Assembly (NCBI GenBank): GCA_963832165.1
Contig: CAWHTE010000007.1
Coordinates: 992,001-1,056,000, forward strand
DNA: 64,000 nucleotides
Direction of reading: 5' to 3'
Source: an uncultured delta proteobacterium
GTDB lineage: Bacteria > Myxococcota_A > UBA9160 > SMWR01
This document shows positions 18,713-27,769 of the stretch, one piece after another. A program made the translations under genes and the position numbers. Below the pieces are notes generated by a model. The model made no database searches. It was not told where the DNA came from and saw only the letters and a list, made by a program, of their open reading frames with translations. Every line of letters starts with the position of its first letter. The first letter of the stretch is position 1.

Positions 18713-19917
18713 TCCGGTTGCTCGCGCTCGGCGGGGTGATCGCCGCGCTCGGCTGCGCGAGCGGGCACGCGTCCCGGGAGGTCTCCACGGGGCGTTATGC
18801 GATGGGAACGGTGCTTGAGCTGATCCTCGTCGGGCCGGACGAAGCGACGCTCGAGCGCTCGCGCTCGGATGCGCTCGCCGAGGTGGAGCGCCTCGAGGGG
18901 TTGCTCTCGACGTGGCGCGCCGAGAGCGACGTCTCCCGCCTGAACCAGGCCGCGGGCCGCGGCGCGATCGAGGTCGACCCGGACGTCGCGGCGCTGCTCG
19001 CGCGCTCGGTCGAGCTCGCACACGCCACGCGCGGGACGTTCGATGTCACGGTCGGACCGCTCGTGGCGCTGTGGCGCGAGGCCGCCGAGCGCGATGCGCT
19101 CCCCGATCCCTCCGCGCTCGAGTCCGCGCGCGCGCGCGTGGGAGCGGATCGGCTCGCGGTGCAGCGCGGCGCTGGGAGTGCGAGCGCCGCGCTCGCGCCC
19201 GGCAGCGCGGTGGAGCTCGGCGGCGTGGCGAAGGGTTATGCGCTCGACCGCGCGCGCGCGGTGCTCGGCGCCGGTGTCGATGCGGCGCTGTTGAGCTTCG
19301 GCCAGAGCAGCACGTGGGCGATCGGGCGCCCGCCCGACGCCGCGGGCTGGCGCCTGCTCGCGCGCGGGCCCGACGGCGGATTCGCGGGCATCCTCACGCT
19401 GCGCGATCGCGCGCTCTCGGTCTCGGGAACGTTCGGGCAGGCGAGCGAGATCGGCGGACGGCGCTATGGGCACGTGCTCGATCCGCGCAGCGGCGAGCCG
19501 CTCACGCGCAGCCGCGAGGCGCTCGTGGTCGCGACCGACGCCACGCTCGCGGAGGCGCTCTCGAAGGCGCTGCTCGTGCTCGGTCCGAGCGAGGGCATCG
19601 CGCTGATCGAGGACTGGCCCGGGGCCGAGGCGCTGCTGCTCGACGCAGACGGAAGCGCCTGGCAGACGCGCGGTTGGCAGCAGGAGACGCGCTTCGAGCC
19701 GATCCCCGCCGAGCCCGTCTCAAGCGCCCCGCGCAATGTTCCGATTCAAGAGGGCATGGCTCAGCAGGAACTCACCTGTCCGGTCTGCCAGGCGGATATG
19801 CCGCTCGGCGGCGACGAGCGCCCCGGGGACGAGTTCTACTGCTCGTGCTGCGGTGCTCCGGGCATCATTGCCAAGAAGGACAAGAGCGAGGAGCTGGAAG
19901 TCGAAGAGGACTTCTAG
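18709..19917 (+). CDS. apbE: FAD:protein FMN transferase lipoprotein; the ORF reads through into a C-terminal zinc ribbon
   Basis: Lipobox ALGC, AMGT, SDVSRLN, FDVTVGPLVALW, LGGVAKGY, YGHVLDPRSG, AEALSKAL. Confidence 0.9.
   Translation: MIRLLALGGVIAALGCASGHASREVSTGRYAMGTVLELILVGPDEATLERSRSDALAEVERLEGLLSTWRAESDVSRLNQAAGRGAIEVDPDVAALLARSVELAHATRGTFDVTVGPLVALWREAAERDALPDPSALESARARVGADRLAVQRGAGSASAALAPGSAVELGGVAKGYALDRARAVLGAGVDAALLSFGQSSTWAIGRPPDAAGWRLLARGPDGGFAGILTLRDRALSVSGTFGQASEIGGRRYGHVLDPRSGEPLTRSREALVVATDATLAEALSKALLVLGPSEGIALIEDWPGAEALLLDADGSAWQTRGWQQETRFEPIPAEPVSSAPRNVPIQEGMAQQELTCPVCQADMPLGGDERPGDEFYCSCCGAPGIIAKKDKSEELEVEEDF
19756..19917 (+). CDS. Small acidic CxxC...CxxC zinc ribbon (LysW/rubredoxin-like fold), possibly translated separately
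   Basis: MAQQELTCPVCQAD...GDEFYCSCCGAP...EELEVEEDF with a GAGGG RBS, in frame with apbE. Confidence 0.6.
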   Translation: MAQQELTCPVCQADMPLGGDERPGDEFYCSCCGAPGIIAKKDKSEELEVEEDF

Positions 19918-19930
19918 CAACTCGTGCGCA

Positions 19931-20500
19931 TCACGTGCGCACGGGCCGGTAGTCGATCAGCCGATCCTGCATCTCGCGCAGGGGCAGGGCGGCGGCATCC
20001 CTCGGTGAGAGAACCGGCTTCTCGATCGGCCACGGGATCGCGAGGTCCGGGTCGTTCCAGGCCACGCAGAACTCGGTCTCGGGCCGGTAGAAGTCGGTGC
20101 ACTTGTACTCGACCTCTGCCGCGTCGCTCGTCACCACGAATCCGTGCAGGAGCCCGGGCGGCAGGTAGATCTGCCTGAAGTTGTCGGCCGAGAGCACCGC
20201 GGTGACGATCTGCCCGTACGCGGGCGAGCCGCGCCGCGCATCGACCGCGACGTCGAAGACCTCGCCTGCGATCACGCGCAAGAGCTTGCCCTGCGCGTGC
20301 GGGTTCTGCGCGTGGAGCCCGCGCAGCGTACCGCGCACCGAACGCGATTGGTTGTCCTGCACGAACACCGCTTCGATGCCGCCCTGGCGGTACTTCTCGG
20401 CATGGAACGTCTCGAGGAAGAAGCCGCGGGTGTCGCGAAAGACCTTGGGCTCGATCACGACGACGCCCGGGATCGCGGTTTCGACGAAGCGCAGGCTCAC
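19931..20500 (-). CDS. rmlC: dTDP-4-dehydrorhamnose 3,5-epimerase
   Basis: [48 protein letters not shown]. Confidence 0.95.
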   Translation of the reverse strand: MSLRFVETAIPGVVVIEPKVFRDTRGFFLETFHAEKYRQGGIEAVFVQDNQSRSVRGTLRGLHAQNPHAQGKLLRVIAGEVFDVAVDARRGSPAYGQIVTAVLSADNFRQIYLPPGLLHGFVVTSDAAEVEYKCTDFYRPETEFCVAWNDPDLAIPWPIEKPVLSPRDAAALPLREMQDRLIDYRPVRT

Positions 20501-21372
20501 ACGAGCTCTCCGCTCGCGATGCGCTGCAGGTAGTCCCCGTAGCTCGAGCTCTTCATCTCGGCGCCGAGCACCGCGAGCGCATCGCGCGAGATCCAGCCCT
20601 TCCGGAACGCGATCTCCTCGAGGCACGCGATCTTGAGCCCCTGCCGCTCCTGGATCGCCTCGACGAACGTCTGCGCGAGCAGCAGCGATTGGTAGGTACC
20701 CGTGTCGAGCCATGCGACGCCGCGGCGCAGCTGCTCCACGCGCAGCTCGTCCGCCTCGAGATAGGCGCGGTTCACGTCGGTGATCTCGAGCTCTCCGCGC
20801 GAGGAGGGCTTGATCCGGCGCGCGATGTCGAGCACGCGATTGTCGTAGAAGTACAAGCCGGTCACGGCGTAGGCGCTGCGCGGCACGCGCGGCTTCTCCT
20901 CGATCCCGATCGCGCGGCCCTCCGCGTCGAACTCCACCACGCCGTAGCGCTCGGGATCGTTCACTCGGTACGCGAATACCGTGGCACCTGTCGTGCGCGC
21001 GGCAGCGCGCTCGAGCACTTCGGCGAAGCCGGCCCCGAAGAAGACGTTGTCGCCGAGCGCGAGCGCCACACCATCGCGGCCGACGAAGTCGCGCCCGATC
21101 ACGAAGGCCTGCGCGAGTCCCTCCGGACGCGGCTGCTCGGCGTACGAGATCGCGAGACCGAAGCGCGCGCCATCGCCGAACAGCCGCCGGTACGCGGGCA
21201 GGTCCTCGGGGGTCGAGATCAGGAGGATCTCGCGGATGCCGGCCAGCATCAGGGTCGACACCGGGTAGTAGACCATCGGCTTGTCGTAGATCGGCAGCAG
21301 CTGCTTGCTGATCGCGCGCGTGATCGGGTACAGGCGTGTGCCCGAGCCGCCCGCCAGCACGATGCCCTTCAT
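20497..21372 (-). CDS. rmlA: Glucose-1-phosphate thymidylyltransferase
   Basis: [42 protein letters not shown]. Confidence 0.97.
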   Translation of the reverse strand: MKGIVLAGGSGTRLYPITRAISKQLLPIYDKPMVYYPVSTLMLAGIREILLISTPEDLPAYRRLFGDGARFGLAISYAEQPRPEGLAQAFVIGRDFVGRDGVALALGDNVFFGAGFAEVLERAAARTTGATVFAYRVNDPERYGVVEFDAEGRAIGIEEKPRVPRSAYAVTGLYFYDNRVLDIARRIKPSSRGELEITDVNRAYLEADELRVEQLRRGVAWLDTGTYQSLLLAQTFVEAIQERQGLKIACLEEIAFRKGWISRDALAVLGAEMKSSSYGDYLQRIASGELV

Positions 21373-21397
21373 CTCGCCTCCAGGGGCCCCGCGGTAC

Positions 21398-22603
21398 TCA
21401 GGGTAGGAAGAGCTGCGGATTGCGGAGCTTGGCGGGAAGATACTCGTCGATCACGTAGTTGAGGCCCCACTTGGCGAGCGCCTGCTGCTCGGCGCGGACC
21501 CCCATCTTGAGCAGCTGCTCGATCGCCTTGCGCCAGGGCTTGTGCACCTGGAAGAACGGGTCGTTCTTGAGGGCATCCTTTCCGCGCTTGATGTCGACGT
21601 CGAGCAGCGGATGGGTCGGCAGGTCGTAGTCGATGATGTCCTGCGGCGTCACGCCGAGGTAGCGCGCCTGCGGCACGCAGAAGAACTGCGACAGATGGGC
21701 CGCGTTGCCCGATCCCACCTTGAGCGTGCGGTAGATGTTGCTGATGCCATACGGGTCGCAGTCGACGAACGCATACACCGGGATGCGGCACTCGTCCGAC
21801 AGCTTGCGGATGAAGCGCCGCGTGGCGCGCGTGGGCACGCCGGCCAGCGAGACGAGGATGCAGTTCGAGGTCTGCCAGAACTTGTGGCTCTGCAGCCGCT
21901 GGAAGATGCCGCCCGTCTCGATCGCGAGGATGAACTTCGCGTCGGTTTCGAACGAGAGATGCTCGACCGTGGAGGGAATCGAGTAGGCGCCGGATCCGAA
22001 GCGGGTGCAGTCGATCCGCTCGACGACGCCCGTGTCGCGGTCCGGATCGAGCACCACCAGCCGTCCGGCCACGGCACCGCCGTGCTCGTCGGGAATGAAG
22101 CGCAACTGCTCGCGCGACGTTCCGCGCGTGGAGAACAGCGCCTCGATGTCGTCCATCACCGCGTCGGACTCGGTCTGCTCGTCGAACTTCGCGGCCTCCC
22201 AGTTCTTGCTCTGGTAGTAGGCGTCTCGCTTGGTGGCGAAGTCGTTCGTCTCGACGAGCTCCTTCGAGAGCCCCATCATGCGCAGCGTCTGCGCGAAGCT
22301 CTTCACCGTGTTCACGGTGAGCGTGCGCACCTTCTTTGCGCGCCCCATCTCGAAGAAGCCCCGCTGCGCCGAGTAGGTGACGTTCTTGAGCGAGCGCACC
22401 GGGAACGCGAGGTCGGGCTTGTTCTGCTTGAGGATGTCCTGGTGGACGTCCTTGGCCGCATCGCGGATCTGCTGCACGACGACGTCGTCCTGCGCCGCGT
22501 TGCGCCGCGCCACCTCGCCCGCGTGTGCGGTCGCGGCCGCAGAGCCCTTGCCGCCCGCGCCCTTTTTGCCCGCCGTCTTCGCGCGCTTCTTGACCGCCGC
22601 CAT
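21398..22603 (-). CDS. top6A: DNA topoisomerase VI subunit A
   Basis: TKRDAYY (catalytic Tyr), [14 protein letters not shown] motifs AIETGG and VDCDPYG, AEQQAL. Confidence 0.95.
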   Translation of the reverse strand: MAAVKKRAKTAGKKGAGGKGSAAATAHAGEVARRNAAQDDVVVQQIRDAAKDVHQDILKQNKPDLAFPVRSLKNVTYSAQRGFFEMGRAKKVRTLTVNTVKSFAQTLRMMGLSKELVETNDFATKRDAYYQSKNWEAAKFDEQTESDAVMDDIEALFSTRGTSREQLRFIPDEHGGAVAGRLVVLDPDRDTGVVERIDCTRFGSGAYSIPSTVEHLSFETDAKFILAIETGGIFQRLQSHKFWQTSNCILVSLAGVPTRATRRFIRKLSDECRIPVYAFVDCDPYGISNIYRTLKVGSGNAAHLSQFFCVPQARYLGVTPQDIIDYDLPTHPLLDVDIKRGKDALKNDPFFQVHKPWRKAIEQLLKMGVRAEQQALAKWGLNYVIDEYLPAKLRNPQLFLP

Positions 22604-22615
22604 GCTTCCCTCCGG

Positions 22616-24343
22616 CTACAGCTTTCGGCTGCGTTCGAGCACCTCGGTCAGGTGCGCGGTGACGTTGTCGCGCTGCGCATCGCTGAGCTCGAGAATCTGC
22701 TGCAGACCGATCGAGACCTGCGGGATGTATTTCTCGATGTAGGCGCGCTTCTTGGCCTCGTCGGCGTCGCGGCGGCGCTTGCGGATGAACATCGCCACCT
22801 TCCGGCCGCACTCCTGCAGCGCGAGCCGCATCTCCTTGATGATGTCGGGGTAGTGCGCGATCGCCTCCTTGCTCTCGGAAGTGAACGGCACCCATACGCT
22901 CGCGATGTGAACCATGAGCAGCATCGGGCCGAGCGGCATCGCTCCGCGCGGCTGCTGCATCTGGTACGACTTCCAGTCGGTGCCCGAGACCGCCTTCGTG
23001 ATCGCGCACGCGCCCTGCTGGTATTGGAGCGGCACGCGGTTCGCGTAGCGGTAGAGCGTGATCGGCTCTTCGGCGGGGAGCCCTCCGCCGTAGGCGAGCC
23101 CGACCTCGATCAGGAACGGATTGCCGCGGTAGACAGTCGCGCGCCGCGACACCGCCGCGTAGAAGTCGGCCTGCACTTCGGCACGCAGCGCGCGCTCGAT
23201 CAGCTCCTCGCCGATCGGTGCGATGCAGTCCATCGGCGGCGCCATGATCTTCGTGGCCACGATCGCCGCGTGGACCTTCTCCGCCTCCTCGCGCGTGATC
23301 TCCGAAGGGCGCCGGCTTTCGGACACGCCGGCCTTCTTGCAGATCTCGAGCGCCGTCTTCGACGACACGCGGCTGAAATCCGACGACAGGCATGAGCGCA
23401 GGTTGCGCCCCGCGGTGTCGCGGAACATCTGCATCAGCACGCCGAGCTCGACGCCGTGCGGGTGCGGCTGGATCTCGGCGGTCTCGGGCGGCAGCTCGTC
23501 GGCGACGCGCGGGAACGTGTGGCTCTCGCCGTGCTCCTCGGCCTTCGGCGGCACGTAGACGATCTCGGCGTGCGGGTTCGCGAGCGAGATCTGGCGGATG
23601 TACGCGTCCACCGAGTGCTGGCCGCCGCGATAGGCGCCCTCGAGCTCGATCTCCACGCGCGTGCCGTGGTCGACGTCCCACTTCACCACCTCGTCGCGCT
23701 TCACCTTGGGCTCGTTCGTCTTCGTGTCGATCACGAGCTCGAAGTAGTGCGCGTCGTGGCTCTTGCCCGTGCGCGTGGTGATCGCGATCGGCTTGCCCGT
23801 GGTGAGCAGGCCGTACATGCCCGCGGCGCTGATGCCGATGCCCTGCTGCCCGCGGCTCTGCTTCAAGCGGTGGAACTTCGAGCCGTAGAGCAGGCTGCCG
23901 AAGATCTTCGGCACCTGCTTGCGCAGGATGCCGGGCCCGTTGTCCTGGATCGCGATCCGGAAGCGCGTCTCGGTGATCTGGGCGATCTCGACGCGCACGT
24001 CGGGCAGGATGCGCGCCTCTTCGCACGCGTCGAGCGAGTTGTCGACGCCTTCCTTCACGGTCGTGAGCAGCGCCTTCGACGGATTGTCGAAGCCGAGCAG
24101 GTGCCGGTTCTTCGCGAAGAACTCGGAGACCGAGATGTCGCGCGCCTGCTTCCCGAGCTCGGCAGCCGATCGGCGCGAGCTCGCGCCGTCCGCGCCCTCC
24201 GACTTGGCCTCGGCGCGCGCCGCCTTCGGCCGCTTGCCGGCGGGCTTGCGGGCGCGCTTGGCCTTCTTCACCTCACCTCCGCGCGCCGGCTGCGCTGCGA
24301 AGGCAAAGGACGACTGCGGGACCGATTCGTCCCATTCCCCCAT
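22616..24343 (-). CDS. top6B: DNA topoisomerase VI subunit B
   Basis: ISVSEFFAKNRHLLGFDNP, KEGVDNSLDA, DNGPGI, GSKFH, SRGQQGIGIS, RYANRVPL, PFTSESKEAIA. Confidence 0.95.
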   Translation of the reverse strand: MGEWDESVPQSSFAFAAQPARGGEVKKAKRARKPAGKRPKAARAEAKSEGADGASSRRSAAELGKQARDISVSEFFAKNRHLLGFDNPSKALLTTVKEGVDNSLDACEEARILPDVRVEIAQITETRFRIAIQDNGPGILRKQVPKIFGSLLYGSKFHRLKQSRGQQGIGISAAGMYGLLTTGKPIAITTRTGKSHDAHYFELVIDTKTNEPKVKRDEVVKWDVDHGTRVEIELEGAYRGGQHSVDAYIRQISLANPHAEIVYVPPKAEEHGESHTFPRVADELPPETAEIQPHPHGVELGVLMQMFRDTAGRNLRSCLSSDFSRVSSKTALEICKKAGVSESRRPSEITREEAEKVHAAIVATKIMAPPMDCIAPIGEELIERALRAEVQADFYAAVSRRATVYRGNPFLIEVGLAYGGGLPAEEPITLYRYANRVPLQYQQGACAITKAVSGTDWKSYQMQQPRGAMPLGPMLLMVHIASVWVPFTSESKEAIAHYPDIIKEMRLALQECGRKVAMFIRKRRRDADEAKKRAYIEKYIPQVSIGLQQILELSDAQRDNVTAHLTEVLERSRKL

Positions 24344-24486
24344 CCGCTCACCCCCGGGCCCGGCGCCGAGAAGTGCTCGCGTCGGCCCGGTCTCATAATC
24401 CTTGCCCGCGGCGGGGTGTCAAGACGGGCGATGTTCGGGTGGTAGGCGCACGGCGCCGAAGCGCAGCGCCTTGGGGGAGACGCGTA

Positions 24487-24696
24487 CTACTCGAAGTCCT
24501 CGATCGGGTGGTTCCGGAAGTTTCCGGAGAGCCGCACTTCGCCGCTGCGAAGCATGTGGAGGATCGTGGCGACGACCTCGCGGTCATCCCGGGTCACCTC
24601 GCTGACCGCGCGCACGAGCGCGAGCAGCGTTGTGGCGCGGGCCTCTCTGGTGGCGGGTTGCTCCCGGGTCAACGAAGCGGCGGCGGCGGCGCGCAT
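24487..24696 (-). CDS. Small hypothetical protein (69 aa)
   Basis: GGAGGA RBS, protein-like sequence TTLLALVRAVSEVTRDDREVVATILHMLRSGEVRLSGNFR, and its own sigma54 site. Confidence 0.65.
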   Translation of the reverse strand: MRAAAAASLTREQPATREARATTLLALVRAVSEVTRDDREVVATILHMLRSGEVRLSGNFRNHPIEDFE

Positions 24697-24721
24697 GATC
24701 GATCCTCCCGACCCGAGGTAA

Positions 24722-24737
24722 AGCATAGACCGTGCCA
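24722..24737 (-). promoter_or_regulatory. sigma54 promoter
   Basis: TGGCACGGTCTATGCT has GG-N10-GC spacing, about 25 nt upstream of ATG 24696. Confidence 0.7.
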
Positions 24738-24881
24738 GCTCCGCCGATTCGAGCGCGTTCTCCCGCGAGATCGAGACAACCTGATCAAATTCAGTGGACT
24801 TGAAGCACGAGCGGTGTCTGCGGCGCGCGCGCGTTGCGCCTCGCATGCCGTTGCCGGTGACGGAAATGGGCCCCAAGGCTG

Positions 24882-26420
24882 TCAATTTTCGGACGAGTCG
24901 GCGGGGCGTCGCGCGCCACGGCCCGCATCGGAGCGGAAGCCGAGCGCCTCGGCGACCGCTTCCGCGCTCGTGCGTTTCTCGCCCGCGAGGTCCGCGATCG
25001 TGCGGGCCACGCGCAATACGCGCCGCGCCGCGCGAGCGGACAAGCCGAATCCGTCGACGGCGCGTCCGAGCAGCACGCGGGCTTCCGGCGTGGCGTCCAC
25101 GAGCGCGTCGAGGTGCGCGTCGGGCAGGCGCGCGTTCGCGACCACGCCGCGCTGCGCCTGTCGGCGCCGCGCCCGTTCCACGCGCTCGCGAACCGCGCGG
25201 CTGCTCGACTCGGCCGCGGGAGCGGCGTCGAGCTCGGCCCAGGCCACCGGGCGCACGCTCAAGTGCAGGTCGATGCGATCGAGCAGCGGACCCGAGATCC
25301 GCGATCGGTAGCGGGCCACCTGGCCCTCGTCGCAGCGGCAGTCGCGGCGGCCGCTGCCGAGCCACCCGCACGGACACGGATTCGCAGCCGCCACGAGCTG
25401 GAAGTCGGCCGGGAACGTGACGTGGCGGCCCGCGCGCACGAGCACCACGCGGTGGTCTTCGAGCACCTGGCGCAGTGATTCCAGCGCGCGGCGCTCGAAC
25501 TCGGGCAGCTCGTCGAGGAACAACACGCCGCGGTGCGCGAGCGAGACCTCACCGGGCTGGGGCGGGCGCCCGCCGCCGATCAGTCCGGCCACACTCGCGG
25601 TGTGATGCGGCGCGCGGAAGGGCCGCTCCGACGCGAGCGCTGCGTCGAGCGGCGCCACGCTGCCGTGGATGCGCGTCACCTCGATCGCTTCCTCACGGGT
25701 CAGGCGGGGCAGGAAGCCCGGCAGCCGGCGCGCGAGCATCGTCTTGCCCCCGCCCGGTGCTCCGATCAACAGCGCACCGTGGCCGCCCGCCGCGGCGACC
25801 TCGAGCCCGCGCTTGGCGAGCTCCTGCCCGCGCACCTCCGCGAGGTCGGGCAGCGCCGCGTCCGGTTCCGCGGACTCCGCGGGTCGCGCGATCTCCAGCG
25901 CCCCGCCGCCGCGCAGGTACGCGAGCACCGCGGCGAGATCGCCCGCCGCGCGCACTTCGAGGCCCTTGGCGAGCGCGGCCTCGCTCGCGTTCGGGCTCGG
26001 CGCGATCAGCGTCGCGCAGCCCGCGTCGCGCACGGCGAGTGCGAGCGCGAGCGCGCCGCGCAGCGCACGCAGTCGGCCATCGAGCGCGAGCTCGCCCGCG
26101 AACGCCACGCCCGCGAGCGCGCCGAGCTCCACCTGTCCCGCCGCGGCGAGCAGCGCCACGGCGATCGGCAGGTCGAGTGCCGCGCCGCTCTTGCGGAGCT
26201 CGGCGGGTGCGAGGTGCACGGTGATCCGGCGGTCGGGGAACTTCTCGCCCGCTGCGGCGAGCGCGGCGCGCACGCGCGCGGCGCTCTCGCGCACGGCGGC
26301 CTCCGGCAGGCCCACGATCTCCACGCGCGGGAGATGCGAGCTGATCCGGACCTCGACTTCGACCGGCACGCCGTCCACACCGATCAGCGCGGCGGTGCGA
26401 ACCCGCGAAACGCTCGACAT
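24882..26420 (-). CDS. comM: YifB/ComM family Mg-chelatase-like AAA+ ATPase
   Basis: IVGLPEAAVRES, LAPAELRKSG, GAPGGGKT, RPFRAPHH, LAHRGVLFLDE, NPCPCG, SGPLLDRID. Confidence 0.92.
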   Translation of the reverse strand: MSSVSRVRTAALIGVDGVPVEVEVRISSHLPRVEIVGLPEAAVRESAARVRAALAAAGEKFPDRRITVHLAPAELRKSGAALDLPIAVALLAAAGQVELGALAGVAFAGELALDGRLRALRGALALALAVRDAGCATLIAPSPNASEAALAKGLEVRAAGDLAAVLAYLRGGGALEIARPAESAEPDAALPDLAEVRGQELAKRGLEVAAAGGHGALLIGAPGGGKTMLARRLPGFLPRLTREEAIEVTRIHGSVAPLDAALASERPFRAPHHTASVAGLIGGGRPPQPGEVSLAHRGVLFLDELPEFERRALESLRQVLEDHRVVLVRAGRHVTFPADFQLVAAANPCPCGWLGSGRRDCRCDEGQVARYRSRISGPLLDRIDLHLSVRPVAWAELDAAPAAESSSRAVRERVERARRRQAQRGVVANARLPDAHLDALVDATPEARVLLGRAVDGFGLSARAARRVLRVARTIADLAGEKRTSAEAVAEALGFRSDAGRGARRPADSSEN

Positions 26421-26468
26421 ACCCGGCTCTCAGCGGGACCGAGATGACGGGGTGGAGGCGAATGGATC

Positions 26469-26501
26469 GAAGGCAGGACCCCACTGCGGGGTCCTGCCTT
26501 C
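26469..26501. other. Perfect 14-bp hairpin in the divergent intergenic region
   Basis: GAAGGCAGGACCCC-ACTGC-GGGGTCCTGCCTTC. Confidence 0.7.
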
Positions 26502-26669
26502 AACTCTTGAAAAGCCCCAAACACCGAAGAGGGGCCCACACGTGTGTGGCCGCGAGCGCGTCGACGTGTCGCGGAAATCTCCCAGAATCCTGGAACGTGG
26601 CCGTGCGCGGCGCCGCGCGCGCTGCAGACGGGTTAGATTCTGCGCGTACCCCCGAGGATTTCGCGCCGC

Positions 26670-27769
26670 TTGAAGCAACGAATCCCGTCCGGCTCCGCTG
26701 CGTGGCCGCGCTGTGCGCTCGCCGCGATCGCGGCCGGCCTGCCGCCGCGTGCAATGGCTCGCCCACCGAGCGCGAAGCGAACCGGAGCGGTGCTCCGTCC
26801 GAGTTCTCGAGCTCGCTCGCGTGGGCCGAGCTCGAGGAGCTCGCCGAAGAGCCGCGCCAGCTCGGCTCCGATGGCGCCGAAGACGCGCGCAGCCACATCG
26901 AGGCGCGGCTCTCCGCCGCGGGCATCGCCGTCGAGAAGGTCACGACGACCGTCGAGGCGAAGGGCTTCGGCCCGCTCGTTCTCACTCATCTCGTGGCGAC
27001 ACTGCCGGGCGCCTCGCCCGATCGCATCGTGCTCGTTGCGCCCTACGGCAGCGGGCGGGACGAGGGGTTCGAGTCGCGGGGCGCGAACGACGGCGCGTCG
27101 GGCGCAGCGCTGCTGATCGAAGTCGCGCGTGTGCTCGAGTTGCGAACCCTCCCCTATACGGTGGAGCTGGTCTGGCTCGAGGGCGAAGGCCGGCTCGGCC
27201 ACGGAACCGGCGAAGAGCGCGAGCTGCGTTGGCTCGGCAGCCGCGCGCTCGCCGAGCGCTGGGAGGAGAGCGGTCACCTGCGCGGCGTCCGACTGCTGAT
27301 CTCGTTCAACCGGGTCTGCGACGTCGATCTGCACATCGCGCGAGACAGCGGATCGCACCGCGAGTACCGCGAGGGATTCTGGAGAGCCGCGCGCAAGCTC
27401 GGATTCGGCGATGTGTTCTCGCCGATCAGCGGCTACGAATCGGTCGCTTCGAGCCACGTGGCGTTCCGCGAGCGCGGCGTGCGCGCGGTCGTCGCAATCG
27501 AGGACACCGCGTTCGGCGGCGAGGAGGCCCCGGGCGTGTTCGCGGGCAAGGACGACGTGCTCGAGCACTGCGCGCCCGAGAGTCTCGAGGCCGTGGGCCG
27601 CGTCGCGATCGAAGCGGTCGATTCGGTCGGAGCGCGCCTCGCGAAGATCGATCGCTTCGCGCGGACGCCGTCGGTCGAGCCGGAGCCCAAAGCGAAACCG
27701 GAAGCGGCGCCCGAGAAGCCGTCCGACCCGAACGCGACCGAGGGCGCCGATGCCGCCGGCAACCCGTAG
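26670..27769 (+). CDS. M28 peptidase-fold lipoprotein, probably frameshifted in the signal peptide
   Basis: GANDGASGAALLIEVAR, LEGE, GSR, SSHVAF. The signal peptide and AAAC lipobox are split between two frames near 26740. Confidence 0.7.

Noticed and set aside
19756..19917. Bona fide lysW
   Set aside because: It lacks the C-terminal EDWGE, and no lysX, lysZ or lysY genes are adjacent.
21398..26420. Defence or recombination island (topo VI plus ComM)
   Set aside because: Both are ordinary chromosomal genes with host-like composition, and no SMC, nuclease or other defence partners are present.
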